A DNA stretch of 35,348 nucleotides, from assembly GCA_024278985.1 (NCBI GenBank), contig JAJRSC010000027.1, positions 1 through 35,348 of the forward strand, in the 5' to 3' direction. The notes beneath the pieces are model-generated. The model saw only the letters and a program-made list of their open reading frames with translations, had not been told where the DNA came from and did not search any database. The translations under genes and the position numbers were made by a program. Source of the DNA: an archaeon (GTDB taxonomy: Archaea; AGJL01; Methanococci; Methanococcales; Methanocaldococcaceae). Below, in pieces: positions 1 through 9,904 of the stretch (position 1 is its first letter; each line of letters begins with the position of its first letter).

Positions 1-90
1 AAAGCTATTACCTACCCCTTGACAAATTACATAATAGAAAAGGTTATATATTAGAAGAGATATTATACTAAATACGTAAAATTGCCTCTT
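1..90 (+). promoter_or_regulatory. CRISPR leader (3' part) with BRE/TATA promoter
   Basis: AT-rich segment directly before the first repeat. GAAAAGG-TTATATA (about 37-50) fits an archaeal BRE-TATA. The degenerate repeat lies at the far end of the array, so this is the leader end. Confidence 0.85.
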
Positions 91-1474
91 GTTAAAATCA
101 GACCGTTGCGGTATGGAAACATGGGTGGCATCTGAGAGGAATAGTATAATCTCTATTCGTTAAAATCAGACCGTTGCGGTATGGAAACTCTTTTATATCT
201 TTCATTTTCAAATGATTATAAATAAAGTTAAAATCAGACCGTTGCGGTATGGAAACATTTCTTTATGCCCTTCAAATGCTGCTAATTTTAAATGTTAAAA
301 TCAGACCGTTGCGGTATGGAAACACATCCATCCACTTTCCCCAGAAATTGCTAAATCTAGTTAAAATCAGACCGTTGCGGTATGGAAACACAAAATAACA
401 GGAGTCTATGTAACTGATGACAATATAGTTAAAATCAGACCGTTGCGGTATGGAAACTAAATTTATAGCAACATTACCCAACAATTCTGAATTTATTTGT
501 TAAAATCAGACCGTTGCGGTATGGAAACAAATATACACTGGATAGATTGGTGATATTATGACTAAGTTAAAATCAGACCGTTGCGGTATGGAAACTTAAT
601 TAAACCTCTTGTAACCCCTTTAACTATTTTATGTTAAAATCAGACCGTTGCGGTATGGAAACGGAATTGCTACTTGAAAATCTGTAAGATTATAGCTGGT
701 TAAAATCAGACCGTTGCGGTATGGAAACATTTTTTTAGCGTATTTTCCAATCTCTTTTACGAGTTTGTTAAAATCAGACCGTTGCGGTATGGAAACTAAT
801 ATGTATATATGACGTGTCTTTCTCCTTGATATGTTAAAATCAGACCGTTGCGGTATGGAAACAATGGAAGTGCAGTATTTGATTTTTTTGATGATTTCGT
901 TAAAATCAGACCGTTGCGGTATGGAAACTTAATTAAATTACCATTTTCATCATATTCACTAATCCGTTAAAATCAGACCGTTGCGGTATGGAAACCTTAG
1001 AAAATCATGTTGTACGTTTTTTAAAATCTCTAAGTTAAAATCAGACCGTTGCGGTATGGAAACTTTATAATATTTGCATTATTCTTATATAAATTTTTGT
1101 TAAAATCAGACCGTTGCGGTATGGAAACAGGGATACAATCAATTAAATCAGCTGCAAATGCCTCGTTAAAATCAGACCGTTGCGGTATGGAAACTTGAAT
1201 TAAAAGACATAGAGGCAGAAGTAGTGTCACAAGTTAAAATCAGACCGTTGCGGTATGGAAACGCTCTATCTCCCCATCATCATATGATATTCTTAACCGT
1301 TAAAATCAGACCGTTGCGGTATGGAAACAGATATTATTTAAGATGGGGAAACTCATATGGGTGGGAGTTAAAATCAGACCGTTGCGGTATGGAAACTAAA
1401 ATAATCTTTTTTTATGTCTTTGAATTTTTGATAATTATAAATAGTTAAAATCAGACCGTTGCGGTATAAAAAAC
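91..1474 (+). CRISPR. CRISPR array, 21 repeats / 20 spacers, repeat GTTAAAATCAGACCGTTGCGGTATGGAAAC (30 bp)
   Basis: 20 identical repeats starting at 91, 159, 227, 294, 360, 428, 499, 566, 633, 699, 767, 833, 899, 966, 1034, 1099, 1165, 1233, 1299 and 1367, plus a degenerate terminal repeat at 1444 (...GGTATAAAAAAC). Spacers are 35-41 bp, the last is 47 bp. The repeat has an internal ACCG-TTG-CGGT hairpin and a 3' GAAAC, and resembles the Methanocaldococcus repeat family. No cas genes in the window. Confidence 0.99.
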
Positions 1475-1641
1475 GGAATTATTTAAATTATCTATTTTAA
1501 AATAAAGATTTAGAATTAAAAATTTATAATTTTCTTAAGTTGAATATGTTATTTTTTATGACATTAATTTTATATATCTGTTAAAGTATAGTAATATCTT
1601 AAAAATTTAGTTCATAAAATATGAATTAAATGTGGTATTAT

Positions 1642-2580
1642 ATGGACATAAAAAAACTTTTGAGAAAAATAGATGAATTTAAGATTATAACAATGCCAGC
1701 AATCATAATAGCATTTTTTGTTTTTGTTTATATTTTATATACATATTTTCAAAATGCATTTCCTGCAATACAGCATTATGGGATAGATTTATTTATAAAA
1801 AATGTTTGGAATGCTTCTGAAGACCCTACAAAAGAAGTTTATGGGTTAGCAGCTCCAATATGGGGAAGTATCTATACAGCATTTTTGGCTATTTTAGTGG
1901 CTTTGCCACTTTCAATAGGATATGCTATTTTTGTTAATGATTATGCACCCAAAAAATTAAAGTTTCCTTTAGTTATCATTTCTGACATTATGGCAGGGCT
2001 ACCTACTATTATATATGGGATTTGGGGAGCTTTTATATTGGTTCCTCTTTTAAGAGATTATATTATGAAATTCTTATATAATCATTTTTCATTTATTCCT
2101 CTATTTGACTACCCACCATTATCAGGATATAGCTATTTTGCTGCTGGAGTTTTATTAGGAATAATGGTTACACCATTTGCATCAGCTATTATTAGAGAGG
2201 CATATGCAATGGTGCCAACTGTATATAAAGAAGGTTTATATGCCCTTGGATGTACAAAGTATGAAGCTACTAAAGAACTTATAAAGTATATAAGACCTGC
2301 AATAATCTCAGGAATGATTTTAGCATTTGGTAGGGCATTAGGTGAAACTGTTGCAGTTTCATTAGTTATAGGAAATTCATTCAACTTAACATATAAGTTA
2401 TTTGCACCAGGATATACCATATCCTCATTAATAGCAAACCAATTTGGAAATGCTATTTTGTATAAGTATATGACCTCTGTTTTATATGCAGCAGGATTGG
2501 TTTTATTTGTTATTGGTTTAATAGTTAATATAATTGGAATTATTTATCTAAGAAGGTGGAGAGAGCATGTCTCACATTAA
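1642..2580 (+). CDS. pstC: Phosphate ABC transporter permease PstC
   Basis: Multi-TM protein with 'AGLPTIIYGIWG', EAA-like loop 'YKEGLYALGCTKYE' and 'FGRALGETVAV'. First gene of pstCAB. ATG 1642 preferred over 1630. Confidence 0.95.
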   Translation: MDIKKLLRKIDEFKIITMPAIIIAFFVFVYILYTYFQNAFPAIQHYGIDLFIKNVWNASEDPTKEVYGLAAPIWGSIYTAFLAILVALPLSIGYAIFVNDYAPKKLKFPLVIISDIMAGLPTIIYGIWGAFILVPLLRDYIMKFLYNHFSFIPLFDYPPLSGYSYFAAGVLLGIMVTPFASAIIREAYAMVPTVYKEGLYALGCTKYEATKELIKYIRPAIISGMILAFGRALGETVAVSLVIGNSFNLTYKLFAPGYTISSLIANQFGNAILYKYMTSVLYAAGLVLFVIGLIVNIIGIIYLRRWREHVSH

Positions 2581-3406
2581 AAAGATTAGAATGATTAAAG
2601 ATAAGATATTTTTATTTATGGTAGGATTTTTAACACTTTTAACAGTTCTTCCACTTTTTCATATAATTTATTCTATAGTTATTAAAGGACTACCAGTAAT
2701 ATTGGAGAGAGGTCTTACATTTATATTTGGAACTTTGAGTGAGGGAGGAATAGGGCCTGCAATAGTAGGGACTTTAATGCTGACAATTATGGCAACATTG
2801 TTAGGTATTCCAATAGCATTTTTAGCTGGAGCTTATGCCTATGAATTTCCAAATAGTATTATTGGAAGAGCTACAAAAGTTCTTTTACAGATAATGTTAG
2901 AATTTCCAACCATATTAATTGGTACATTTATTATGGCAACTGTTGTAGTTCCAATGGGAACATTTTCAGGATTAGCTGGGGCATTGGCATTAGCTTTAAT
3001 ATTAATTCCTTATGTCGCTGTATATACTGAGGAAGCTATGGCTGAAATTCCAAAGTTGTATAAAGAAGGGGCATATGCCTTAGGATGTACAAGGGCTCAA
3101 GTAATATTTAAGGTTATTACAAAAATGGCAAAAAAAGGGATTTTAACAGGAATTTTAATTGGAATGGCAAAAGTAGCAGGAGAAACTGCTCCATTGTTAT
3201 TTACTATTGGGGGATTATATGAAGTGTATCCAACTAATCCACTGGAACCTGTTGGAGCTATTCCTCTTTTAATATATACATTAGTTCAAAGTCCTTCCCC
3301 AGAAGACCATAAAATGGCATGGGGTGCAGCTTTAGTTATGTTAATTATCTTCCTATCTATCTTTATACCAATTAGATTGGCATTAAAAGATGATATAAAA
3401 CTTTAA
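2567..3406 (+). CDS. pstA: Phosphate ABC transporter permease PstA
   Basis: '[10 protein letters not shown]', '[10 protein letters not shown]', '[13 protein letters not shown]', 'AWGAALV'. Overlaps the end of pstC. Confidence 0.95.
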   Translation: MSHIKKIRMIKDKIFLFMVGFLTLLTVLPLFHIIYSIVIKGLPVILERGLTFIFGTLSEGGIGPAIVGTLMLTIMATLLGIPIAFLAGAYAYEFPNSIIGRATKVLLQIMLEFPTILIGTFIMATVVVPMGTFSGLAGALALALILIPYVAVYTEEAMAEIPKLYKEGAYALGCTRAQVIFKVITKMAKKGILTGILIGMAKVAGETAPLLFTIGGLYEVYPTNPLEPVGAIPLLIYTLVQSPSPEDHKMAWGAALVMLIIFLSIFIPIRLALKDDIKL

Positions 3407-3416
3407 AGGGGTACTT

Positions 3417-4175
3417 ATGGAAAAGATTAAAATGGAAACAAAAGATTTAAATTTATGGTATGGAGAAAAACAGGCATTATATAATATCTCCATGCCAATA
3501 TATGAAAATAAAATAACAGCATTAATAGGACCATCAGGATGTGGGAAATCTACATTCTTAAGATGTTTAAATAGGTTAAATGACTTAATTCCTAATGTTA
3601 GGATAGAAGGAGAAGTTTATTTAGATGGAAAGAATATTTATGATGAAGATGTAGATGTATATGAGTTAAGGAAAAGAGTAGGAATGGTTTTTCAAAAACC
3701 TAACCCTTTTGCAATGAGTATATATGATAATGTTGCATTTGGTCCAAGAATTCATGGAATTAGAAATAAAAAAGAATTAGATAAGATTGTTGAATGGGCT
3801 TTAAAAAAAGCTGCTTTATGGGATGAAGTTAAAGATGAACTACATAAAAATGCATTTGCACTTTCAGGAGGACAACAACAGAGATTATGTATTGCAAGGG
3901 CTATAGCAGTTAAACCAGAGGTATTATTAATGGATGAACCTACATCTGCCTTAGACCCTATATCTACCCAAAAGATAGAGGAGTTAATGATAGAGTTGGC
4001 TAAGGATTATACTATTGTAGTAGTTACTCACAACATGCAGCAGGCAAGTAGAGTGTCAGATTATACTGCATTTTTCTTAATGGGTAAGTTAATAGAATTT
4101 GGTCCAACAGAAGAGATATTCCTAAATCCAAAGAGAAAAGAAACAGATGATTATATTAGTGGAAGATTTGGATAA
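3417..4175 (+). CDS. pstB: Phosphate ABC transporter ATP-binding protein PstB
   Basis: Walker A GPSGCGKS, signature LSGGQQQRL, Walker [13 protein letters not shown], '[11 protein letters not shown]', C-terminal 'YISGRFG'. Confidence 0.98.
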   Translation: MEKIKMETKDLNLWYGEKQALYNISMPIYENKITALIGPSGCGKSTFLRCLNRLNDLIPNVRIEGEVYLDGKNIYDEDVDVYELRKRVGMVFQKPNPFAMSIYDNVAFGPRIHGIRNKKELDKIVEWALKKAALWDEVKDELHKNAFALSGGQQQRLCIARAIAVKPEVLLMDEPTSALDPISTQKIEELMIELAKDYTIVVVTHNMQQASRVSDYTAFFLMGKLIEFGPTEEIFLNPKRKETDDYISGRFG

Positions 4176-4231
4176 TTATATCTTTTTATTTATTTCAAAA
4201 AATATGAAAAAATTTTCCTTGGTTGGAATTT

Positions 4232-4891
4232 ATGCCTAATAAATTTGAAGAGATAATTAAAGATATTGACAATGATGTTATTAAATTATCTGAGCAGATA
4301 ATACAAAATTTAACCTTAAGTATAAATAGTTATATGGAAAGTAAAAAAGAAATGTGCTATCTTGCAATATCCAATAGTAAAAATATTATAAATAATCTTG
4401 AAAAACTTGAGAACAAAGTAATTAAAACTTTATGTTTATATAGACCAGTATCTAAAGATTTAAGAAAAATTTTAGTTTTAATTAAATTAATACTAATGCT
4501 TGAGAAAGTTTTAGAATCATCTATTAAGATTTCAGAGAGATTATTACAATCAAAATATAATTTCAATAGAAAAAACTCCTATCTTTTAGAAATGCTCAAT
4601 TTAACCAAAAAAAATGATTTTTTTATGTATTGATGGATATTTAAATGAAAAATTTGAGAATATAGATAAAATTTATTTATTACATAAAAAAATGAAAAGA
4701 TTTTTTATGAGTCTTTCCAAAGAGATATTACTATGTTAGTTCTCCAAGATAAGTTTAATATTACTATTGCAAATGAACTAATACATGTGGGTAAGTATTT
4801 AGAAAGAGCAGAAAATGCTGCCAATGATTTTAGGAAAGAGTTATACTTTTTAATTAAAGGAAAAAAAATGTTGAGGGATATAAATGCCTAA
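4232..4891 (+). pseudogene. phoU: PhoU-like paralog interrupted by two compensating homopolymer frameshifts (pseudogene or sequencing error)
   Basis: The N-terminus MPNKFEE...LYRPVSKDLR parallels the downstream PhoU. Removing one A from A8 (4607-4614) and adding one to A7 (4686-4692) gives a continuous frame through 'ANELIHVGKYLERAEN' to TAA at 4889-4891. Confidence 0.8.
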
Positions 4892-5558
4892 AAAATTTGA
4901 AGAATTGATGGATGAAATAGAAAATGATATATTAGAAATGGCTGATTTATGTATTGACCAAACTGAGCAAGCCATAAAGGTATTTATTGAAGGTAACAAA
5001 GAAGAAGCAAAAAAGATAAGAAAAAGAGATACTGCTATAGATTTATTAGAATTAAAAATAGAGGATAAAGTTATCAAAGCATTGGCTTTATATCAACCAG
5101 TTTCTGGACAATTAAGAGAACTTATAACATCTTTAAAAATATCTTCTAAATTGGAGAAAGTTGGAGACAATGCTGCTAAGATTTGTAAAATAATATTAAA
5201 ATCTGAATATAATGGAAAAAGAGAAAATGAACTTTTAATAGTTATGAAAGACTATTTAATAATGATGATAAAAAATGCTATGGTTGCCTATAAAAACAAA
5301 GATGAACAACTTGCAAGAGATGTCTATCATATGGATAAAAAACTTGATAATTTATATGAGCAGTTATATAGAAGTATGATAAGTAAGATATTAGAAAATC
5401 CAACAAAAAATTTAACTTTAGCAACAGAGATTATATTTGCAGGAAAATATTTAGAGAGAAGTGGAAATATTGTTGCATCTATTGGGGATAGAATAGTATA
5501 TATGATTACTGGAGAGAGAATAAAAGAGGAAGAGCTTGAAGAAAAATTAGAAAAATAA
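4884..5558 (+). CDS. phoU: Phosphate signalling complex protein PhoU
   Basis: '[10 protein letters not shown]', 'LEKVGDNA', 'KYLERSGN', 'IVYMITGE' PhoU repeat motifs. Lies downstream of pstB. Confidence 0.95.
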   Translation: MPKKFEELMDEIENDILEMADLCIDQTEQAIKVFIEGNKEEAKKIRKRDTAIDLLELKIEDKVIKALALYQPVSGQLRELITSLKISSKLEKVGDNAAKICKIILKSEYNGKRENELLIVMKDYLIMMIKNAMVAYKNKDEQLARDVYHMDKKLDNLYEQLYRSMISKILENPTKNLTLATEIIFAGKYLERSGNIVASIGDRIVYMITGERIKEEELEEKLEK

Positions 5559-5573
5559 AAATTGGTGAGATTG

Positions 5574-7226
5574 TTGCCAACAGTAAATATAAAAAAATAT
5601 GACTTAGAGAGATTAGTTAATATGCCTCTTGATGATGAATATATTGAAGAAAAATTTCCTATGATGGGTGTTGAAGTAGAAAATATTTATGAAGAAGAGG
5701 GAGAAAAGATTATCCAGTTTTCAGTAAATCCTAATAGACCAGATTATTTAAGTGCTGAAGGTTTGGCCAGAGGTTTTAGAGGGTTTATAGGAATTGATTT
5801 AGGTCTATCCAAGTATGAAATTGAGGAGACTGACATTAAATTATATGTAGAAGATGTTAAAACAAGACCATATATTGCTATGGCATTGGTTAAGGGGGTT
5901 ATTGTTGATGAATATGTATTAGAAAGTATTATAAACCTACAAGAAAAGTTACATTGGGTTTTAGGAAGAGACAGAAAAAAGGTTGCTATAGGAATCCATG
6001 ATTTTGATAAAGTTAAGCCACCATTTTATTATAAAGAGGTAGATGATGTTAAATTTATTCCTCTTGGAGAAAATAAGGAGATGAGTGCAAAGGAAATTTT
6101 GGAGAAGCATGAAAAGGGGATAAAGTATAGACATTTAATAAAAGATAAGTTTCCTTTAATTGTTGATAAAAATAATAATGTCCTTTCTTTACCTCCAATA
6201 ATAAATGGAGAACTAACAAGAGTAACCACAGAAACAAGAAACCTTTTAATTGATGTCACAGGAACAGATAAATTTTTAGTTGAAAAGGCTTTAAATATTA
6301 TTGTAACTGCCTTGGGAGAAAGAAAATATGCTAAAATACATAGTGTTGAAGTTATTTATCCCAACTATAAAGAAAAATATCCTAATTTAAAAGAGGATAC
6401 TATTGATGTCTCATATAACAATATAAATAAAATTTTAGGAACTAACCTATTGCCAGGGACTATATTGAATTATTTAAGAAGAGCCAAAATGGATGGAACT
6501 TTTTTAGGAGAAAAAATAAGAGTATATATTCCAGCATATAGAGTTGATATTTTTGGAGAAATTGATATTGCTGAGGAAGTTGCTATTTCATATGGATATG
6601 ACAAATTTAAAGGGGAGTATCCTAATGTTTTAACCATTGGAGAACTGGATAATTTTGAGAAAAAACTTGATAAGATTAGGGATTTAATGGTTGGATTTGG
6701 TTTTTATGAGGTTATTAATTTAATGTTATCCAATGACAATATTCTATATAATAAGATGAAAATAGAGGATAAAGAGTATATTGAAGTTTTAAAACCTGCT
6801 TCTATGGAACATAGAATTTTAAGAAAATCATTACTTCCTCTATTAATGGAGACATTAAGAATTAACCAACATAAGGAATATCCAATAAAAATTTTTGAAA
6901 TTGGAGATTGTATAGAGATAGATTTAAGTAAAGAAAATAAAGCTAAAGAAATTAAAAAAATATGTGCTGTTATTTTAGATAATGAAGCTAATTTTAATGA
7001 TATTAAAGCATATACAGAAGGGTTATTAAGAGAATTAAAAGTAAAATATAAAATAGAAAGTTATAATCATCCATCATTTATAAAAGGAAGATGTGGAAAG
7101 ATATTAGATGAAAATAATAACTTTATTGGATATTTTGGAGAAATACATCCTGAAGTTATAACAAACTTTGAATTAGAGTTTCCTGTTGTAGCATTTGAGT
7201 TAAATTTAAATAATATCCTTATTTAA
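5574..7226 (+). CDS. pheT: Phenylalanyl-tRNA synthetase beta subunit (archaeal type)
   Basis: 'NPNRPDYLSAEGLAR', 'LQEKLHWVLGRDRKKVAIGIHD', 'SLPPIING', 'DIAEEVAISYGY', 'FGEIHPEV'. Probable start is TTG 5574, after a GGTGAG RBS. Confidence 0.96.
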   Translation: MPTVNIKKYDLERLVNMPLDDEYIEEKFPMMGVEVENIYEEEGEKIIQFSVNPNRPDYLSAEGLARGFRGFIGIDLGLSKYEIEETDIKLYVEDVKTRPYIAMALVKGVIVDEYVLESIINLQEKLHWVLGRDRKKVAIGIHDFDKVKPPFYYKEVDDVKFIPLGENKEMSAKEILEKHEKGIKYRHLIKDKFPLIVDKNNNVLSLPPIINGELTRVTTETRNLLIDVTGTDKFLVEKALNIIVTALGERKYAKIHSVEVIYPNYKEKYPNLKEDTIDVSYNNINKILGTNLLPGTILNYLRRAKMDGTFLGEKIRVYIPAYRVDIFGEIDIAEEVAISYGYDKFKGEYPNVLTIGELDNFEKKLDKIRDLMVGFGFYEVINLMLSNDNILYNKMKIEDKEYIEVLKPASMEHRILRKSLLPLLMETLRINQHKEYPIKIFEIGDCIEIDLSKENKAKEIKKICAVILDNEANFNDIKAYTEGLLRELKVKYKIESYNHPSFIKGRCGKILDENNNFIGYFGEIHPEVITNFELEFPVVAFELNLNNILI

Positions 7227-7275
7227 ATATTTTTATTAATTTGTTATATTAAAATTAAAAACAATAGTGGATATT

Positions 7276-7683
7276 ATGGAAGATATTTTTAATATTCCAA
7301 TTAAGGATATTATGACAAAATCTGTTATTGTTGTCAATAAAGATTATAATGTAATTAAGGCCTTTGAGTTAATGCTTAAATATAAAATAAGTTCTCTTCC
7401 AGTTGTAGAAAATAATAAAGTTATTGGGATTGTAACCACAACAGATATAGGATATAACTTAATAAAAGATAAGTATTCACTTGAGACAACTGTAAAGGAA
7501 GTAATGACAAAAAATGTTATTACTATAAATGAAAATGAAACTATAAAAGATGCTATTAAAAAAATGTCTGGACAAAAAGATAATGAAATTATAAATCAGC
7601 TTCCAGTTGTTAATGATAATGATGAACTTGTTGGAATTGTCTCAGATGGAGATATAATAAGAGCAATATCAAAAAGGATTTAA
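7276..7683 (+). CDS. Tandem CBS-domain protein (MJ0922-like)
   Basis: Two CBS repeats: 'IKDIMTK...ISSLPVV...IGIVT' and 'VKEVMTKNV...LPVV...VGIVSDGDI'. Confidence 0.92.
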   Translation: MEDIFNIPIKDIMTKSVIVVNKDYNVIKAFELMLKYKISSLPVVENNKVIGIVTTTDIGYNLIKDKYSLETTVKEVMTKNVITINENETIKDAIKKMSGQKDNEIINQLPVVNDNDELVGIVSDGDIIRAISKRI

Positions 7684-8723
7684 TATTTTTTAATGTCTTT
7701 TATGAAGTAGTATATTAACTTATAAGTTTCTTCTAAATCTCTTTTGTCAATAACTTCAACAGGTGTATGAATATATCTTGCTGGAACTGATATAACTCCT
7801 GTAGTAATTCCTTCTCTTGTTAAATGTATAGCTGTTCCATCAGTTGTTCCTCCTTCTCCAACTTCCAACTGAATTTTTATATCCCTTTCTATTGCTATTT
7901 CTCTAATATATTTTAAAACTCTTGGATGAGCTATTAATCCTCTTCCAGAGGCATCTGCTATATCAACCACAGGTCCTTTTCCAAGTTCTACAGGAGCATC
8001 TTCTTTTTTTATTCCTGGATGGTCTCCTGCAATAGTTACATCTATGGCTAAAGCAATATCAGGATTTATTTTAAAGGCTGAAACTCTTGCACCTTTTAAT
8101 CCAACTTCCTCCTGAACAGTTCCTACTAAATATAATTCACAATCTAAATCTTCCTTAGATAAATTTCTTGCTAATTCTAATAATATAGCACATCCAACTC
8201 TATCATCAAATGCTTTCCCTGTTAATCTATTTTTTCCTAAATCATGGACTTCTACTAAAAAAGAAACTGGAGTTCCTATTTCTACTCCCATATCTTCAGC
8301 TTCTTCTCTACTTTCTGCTCCTATATCTATAAACATATCCTCATACTTTATAATCTTATTTTTTTCCTCTTCTTTCATTCTATGAGGTGGTTTTGAACCA
8401 AGAACACCAATTAAATCTCCATTATTTCCATGAACAACAACTTTCTGATTTAAAATTGTTGGGTCATATATCCCTCCAATCTTAGTAAATTTTAAAAAAC
8501 CATTGTCATCTATATATTTAACCATTAAACCAATTTCATCAATATGTGCTGCAATCATAACCTTTTTTCCTTTTCCTATCTTACCAATTACATTTCCAAA
8601 CTTATCAATCTCTACATTCTCACAATATTTTTTAAATTCTTCAGCCATATAATTCCTAACATTATCCTCTCTTCCAGATATACCACTTAATTTTGATAAA
8701 TTTTTTAAGTATTCTACTATCAC
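7680..8723 (-). CDS. M42 family (TET) aminopeptidase
   Basis: 'AAHIDEIG', 'KAFDDRVG', '[10 protein letters not shown]', 'GGTTDG', 'RYIHTPVE' metal-binding motifs. GTG 8723 follows an RBS (the ORF track starts at 8732). Confidence 0.95.
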   Translation of the reverse strand: MIVEYLKNLSKLSGISGREDNVRNYMAEEFKKYCENVEIDKFGNVIGKIGKGKKVMIAAHIDEIGLMVKYIDDNGFLKFTKIGGIYDPTILNQKVVVHGNNGDLIGVLGSKPPHRMKEEEKNKIIKYEDMFIDIGAESREEAEDMGVEIGTPVSFLVEVHDLGKNRLTGKAFDDRVGCAILLELARNLSKEDLDCELYLVGTVQEEVGLKGARVSAFKINPDIALAIDVTIAGDHPGIKKEDAPVELGKGPVVDIADASGRGLIAHPRVLKYIREIAIERDIKIQLEVGEGGTTDGTAIHLTREGITTGVISVPARYIHTPVEVIDKRDLEETYKLIYYFIKDIKKY

Positions 8724-8811
8724 AATCCCCACCTAATTAAAATTATAATCTATATAATTTAAATACTATTCCTATATTTTATTTTATTTACTATTTTAAA
8801 GAGGGATTCTA

Positions 8812-9900
8812 ATGTGTGGGATAATTGGCTTTATGAGTAGAAAAAAGAAAATGATAAATGGAGAAAAAATAGCATTGGGATTATGTAGTTTAAAAGAAAG
8901 AGGTAATGGTAAAGGTTCTGGATATGTTGGATATGGTATTTATCCAACTAAATATAAAGATTGCTATGCATTTCATATTTTAATTGATAACTGTCCAAAG
9001 TTTGAAAAAATTAAGGTTGCAGTTGAGAATATTTTAGAACAGTATGGAACAATAGTAAAAGATGAGGAAATTCCTACTGAAGAGGGGATTATTAAAAAGG
9101 TCCATATTCCTTGGAGATATTTTTATGAAGTTGATGAAAAATTTGCTGATAAAGAGGAGGATGTTATTGTAGATATTGTAATGGATATTAATGATAACAT
9201 AGATGGGGCATATGTTATATCCAGTGGAAAAGATTTAGGTGTCTTTAAAGCTGTTGGTTGGCCTGAAGAAGTGGCAGAGTTCTATAGAATAGATAAATAT
9301 GAGGGCTATCTTTGGCTGGCTCATGCAAGATATCCAACAAATACAAAAGCATGGTGGGGAGGAGCACATCCATTTAACTTATTAAATTGGAGTGTAGTCC
9401 ATAATGGAGAAATAACCAGTTATGGAACCAATAGAAGATTTGTAGAAATGTTTGGATACAAATGTAGATTATTAACTGACACAGAAGTAGTTACCTACAT
9501 TTTAGATTTACTACTGAGAAAGCATAAACTTCCATTAGAGTTGGCATGTCAAACTCTTGCTCCTAAATTTTGGAGTGAAATTGATGACCTCCCAGAAGAA
9601 GAAAGAGAACTTTATACTGCTTTAAGATTAACTTATGCAGGTGCTATGTTAAATGGGCCATTTGCAATAGCTGTAGCAACACCAGCTGGTTTATTATTTA
9701 TGAATGGAGAAATTGAAGATGATACTGTAATGTTTGGTTTAACTGATAGAATAAAATTAAGGCCTTTAGTTGCAGCTGAAAAAGATGATTTATTATTTGT
9801 ATCAAGTGAAGAATCTGCTATAAGAAGAATATGCCCTAACTTAGATAGGGTTTGGATGCCTGATGCTGGAGAACCAGTAATAGCAAGAGTATGGAAGTGA
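8812..9900 (+). CDS. gltB1: Glutamate synthase, stand-alone class II (Ntn) glutamine amidotransferase subunit
   Basis: N-terminal MCGIIG nucleophile, 'HARYPTNT', 'AHPF', 'HNGEI', 'TDTEV', 'DRIKLRP'. First gene of the glt cluster. Confidence 0.88.
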   Translation: MCGIIGFMSRKKKMINGEKIALGLCSLKERGNGKGSGYVGYGIYPTKYKDCYAFHILIDNCPKFEKIKVAVENILEQYGTIVKDEEIPTEEGIIKKVHIPWRYFYEVDEKFADKEEDVIVDIVMDINDNIDGAYVISSGKDLGVFKAVGWPEEVAEFYRIDKYEGYLWLAHARYPTNTKAWWGGAHPFNLLNWSVVHNGEITSYGTNRRFVEMFGYKCRLLTDTEVVTYILDLLLRKHKLPLELACQTLAPKFWSEIDDLPEEERELYTALRLTYAGAMLNGPFAIAVATPAGLLFMNGEIEDDTVMFGLTDRIKLRPLVAAEKDDLLFVSSEESAIRRICPNLDRVWMPDAGEPVIARVWK

Positions 9901-9904
9901 AACC

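Noticed and set aside
596-965. Spacers 8 and 13 both begin TTAATTAAA
   Set aside because: Only 9 AT-only bases are shared and the remainders are unrelated, which is compatible with chance.
929-965. Spacer 13 reverse complement reads ISEYDENGNLI, resembling an RHS/YD repeat or DUF2341 segment
   Set aside because: The motif is too short and too common to assign to a family.
272-1448. ORFs 272-484(-), 1030-1230(-) and 1224-1448(+)
   Set aside because: They are translations of CRISPR repeats and spacers (recurring VSIPQRSDFN / VKIRPLRYGN), not genes.
4631-4633. TGA ending the first phoU fragment as possible selenocysteine
   Set aside because: Homology continues in a different frame before the TGA, there is no Cys-equivalent context, and no SECIS-like hairpin is visible.
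8759-8772. Possible NrpR operator (GGAA-N6-TTCC) upstream of the glutamate synthase operon
   Set aside because: The sequence is TTAA-ATACTA-TTCC, so only one half-site matches.
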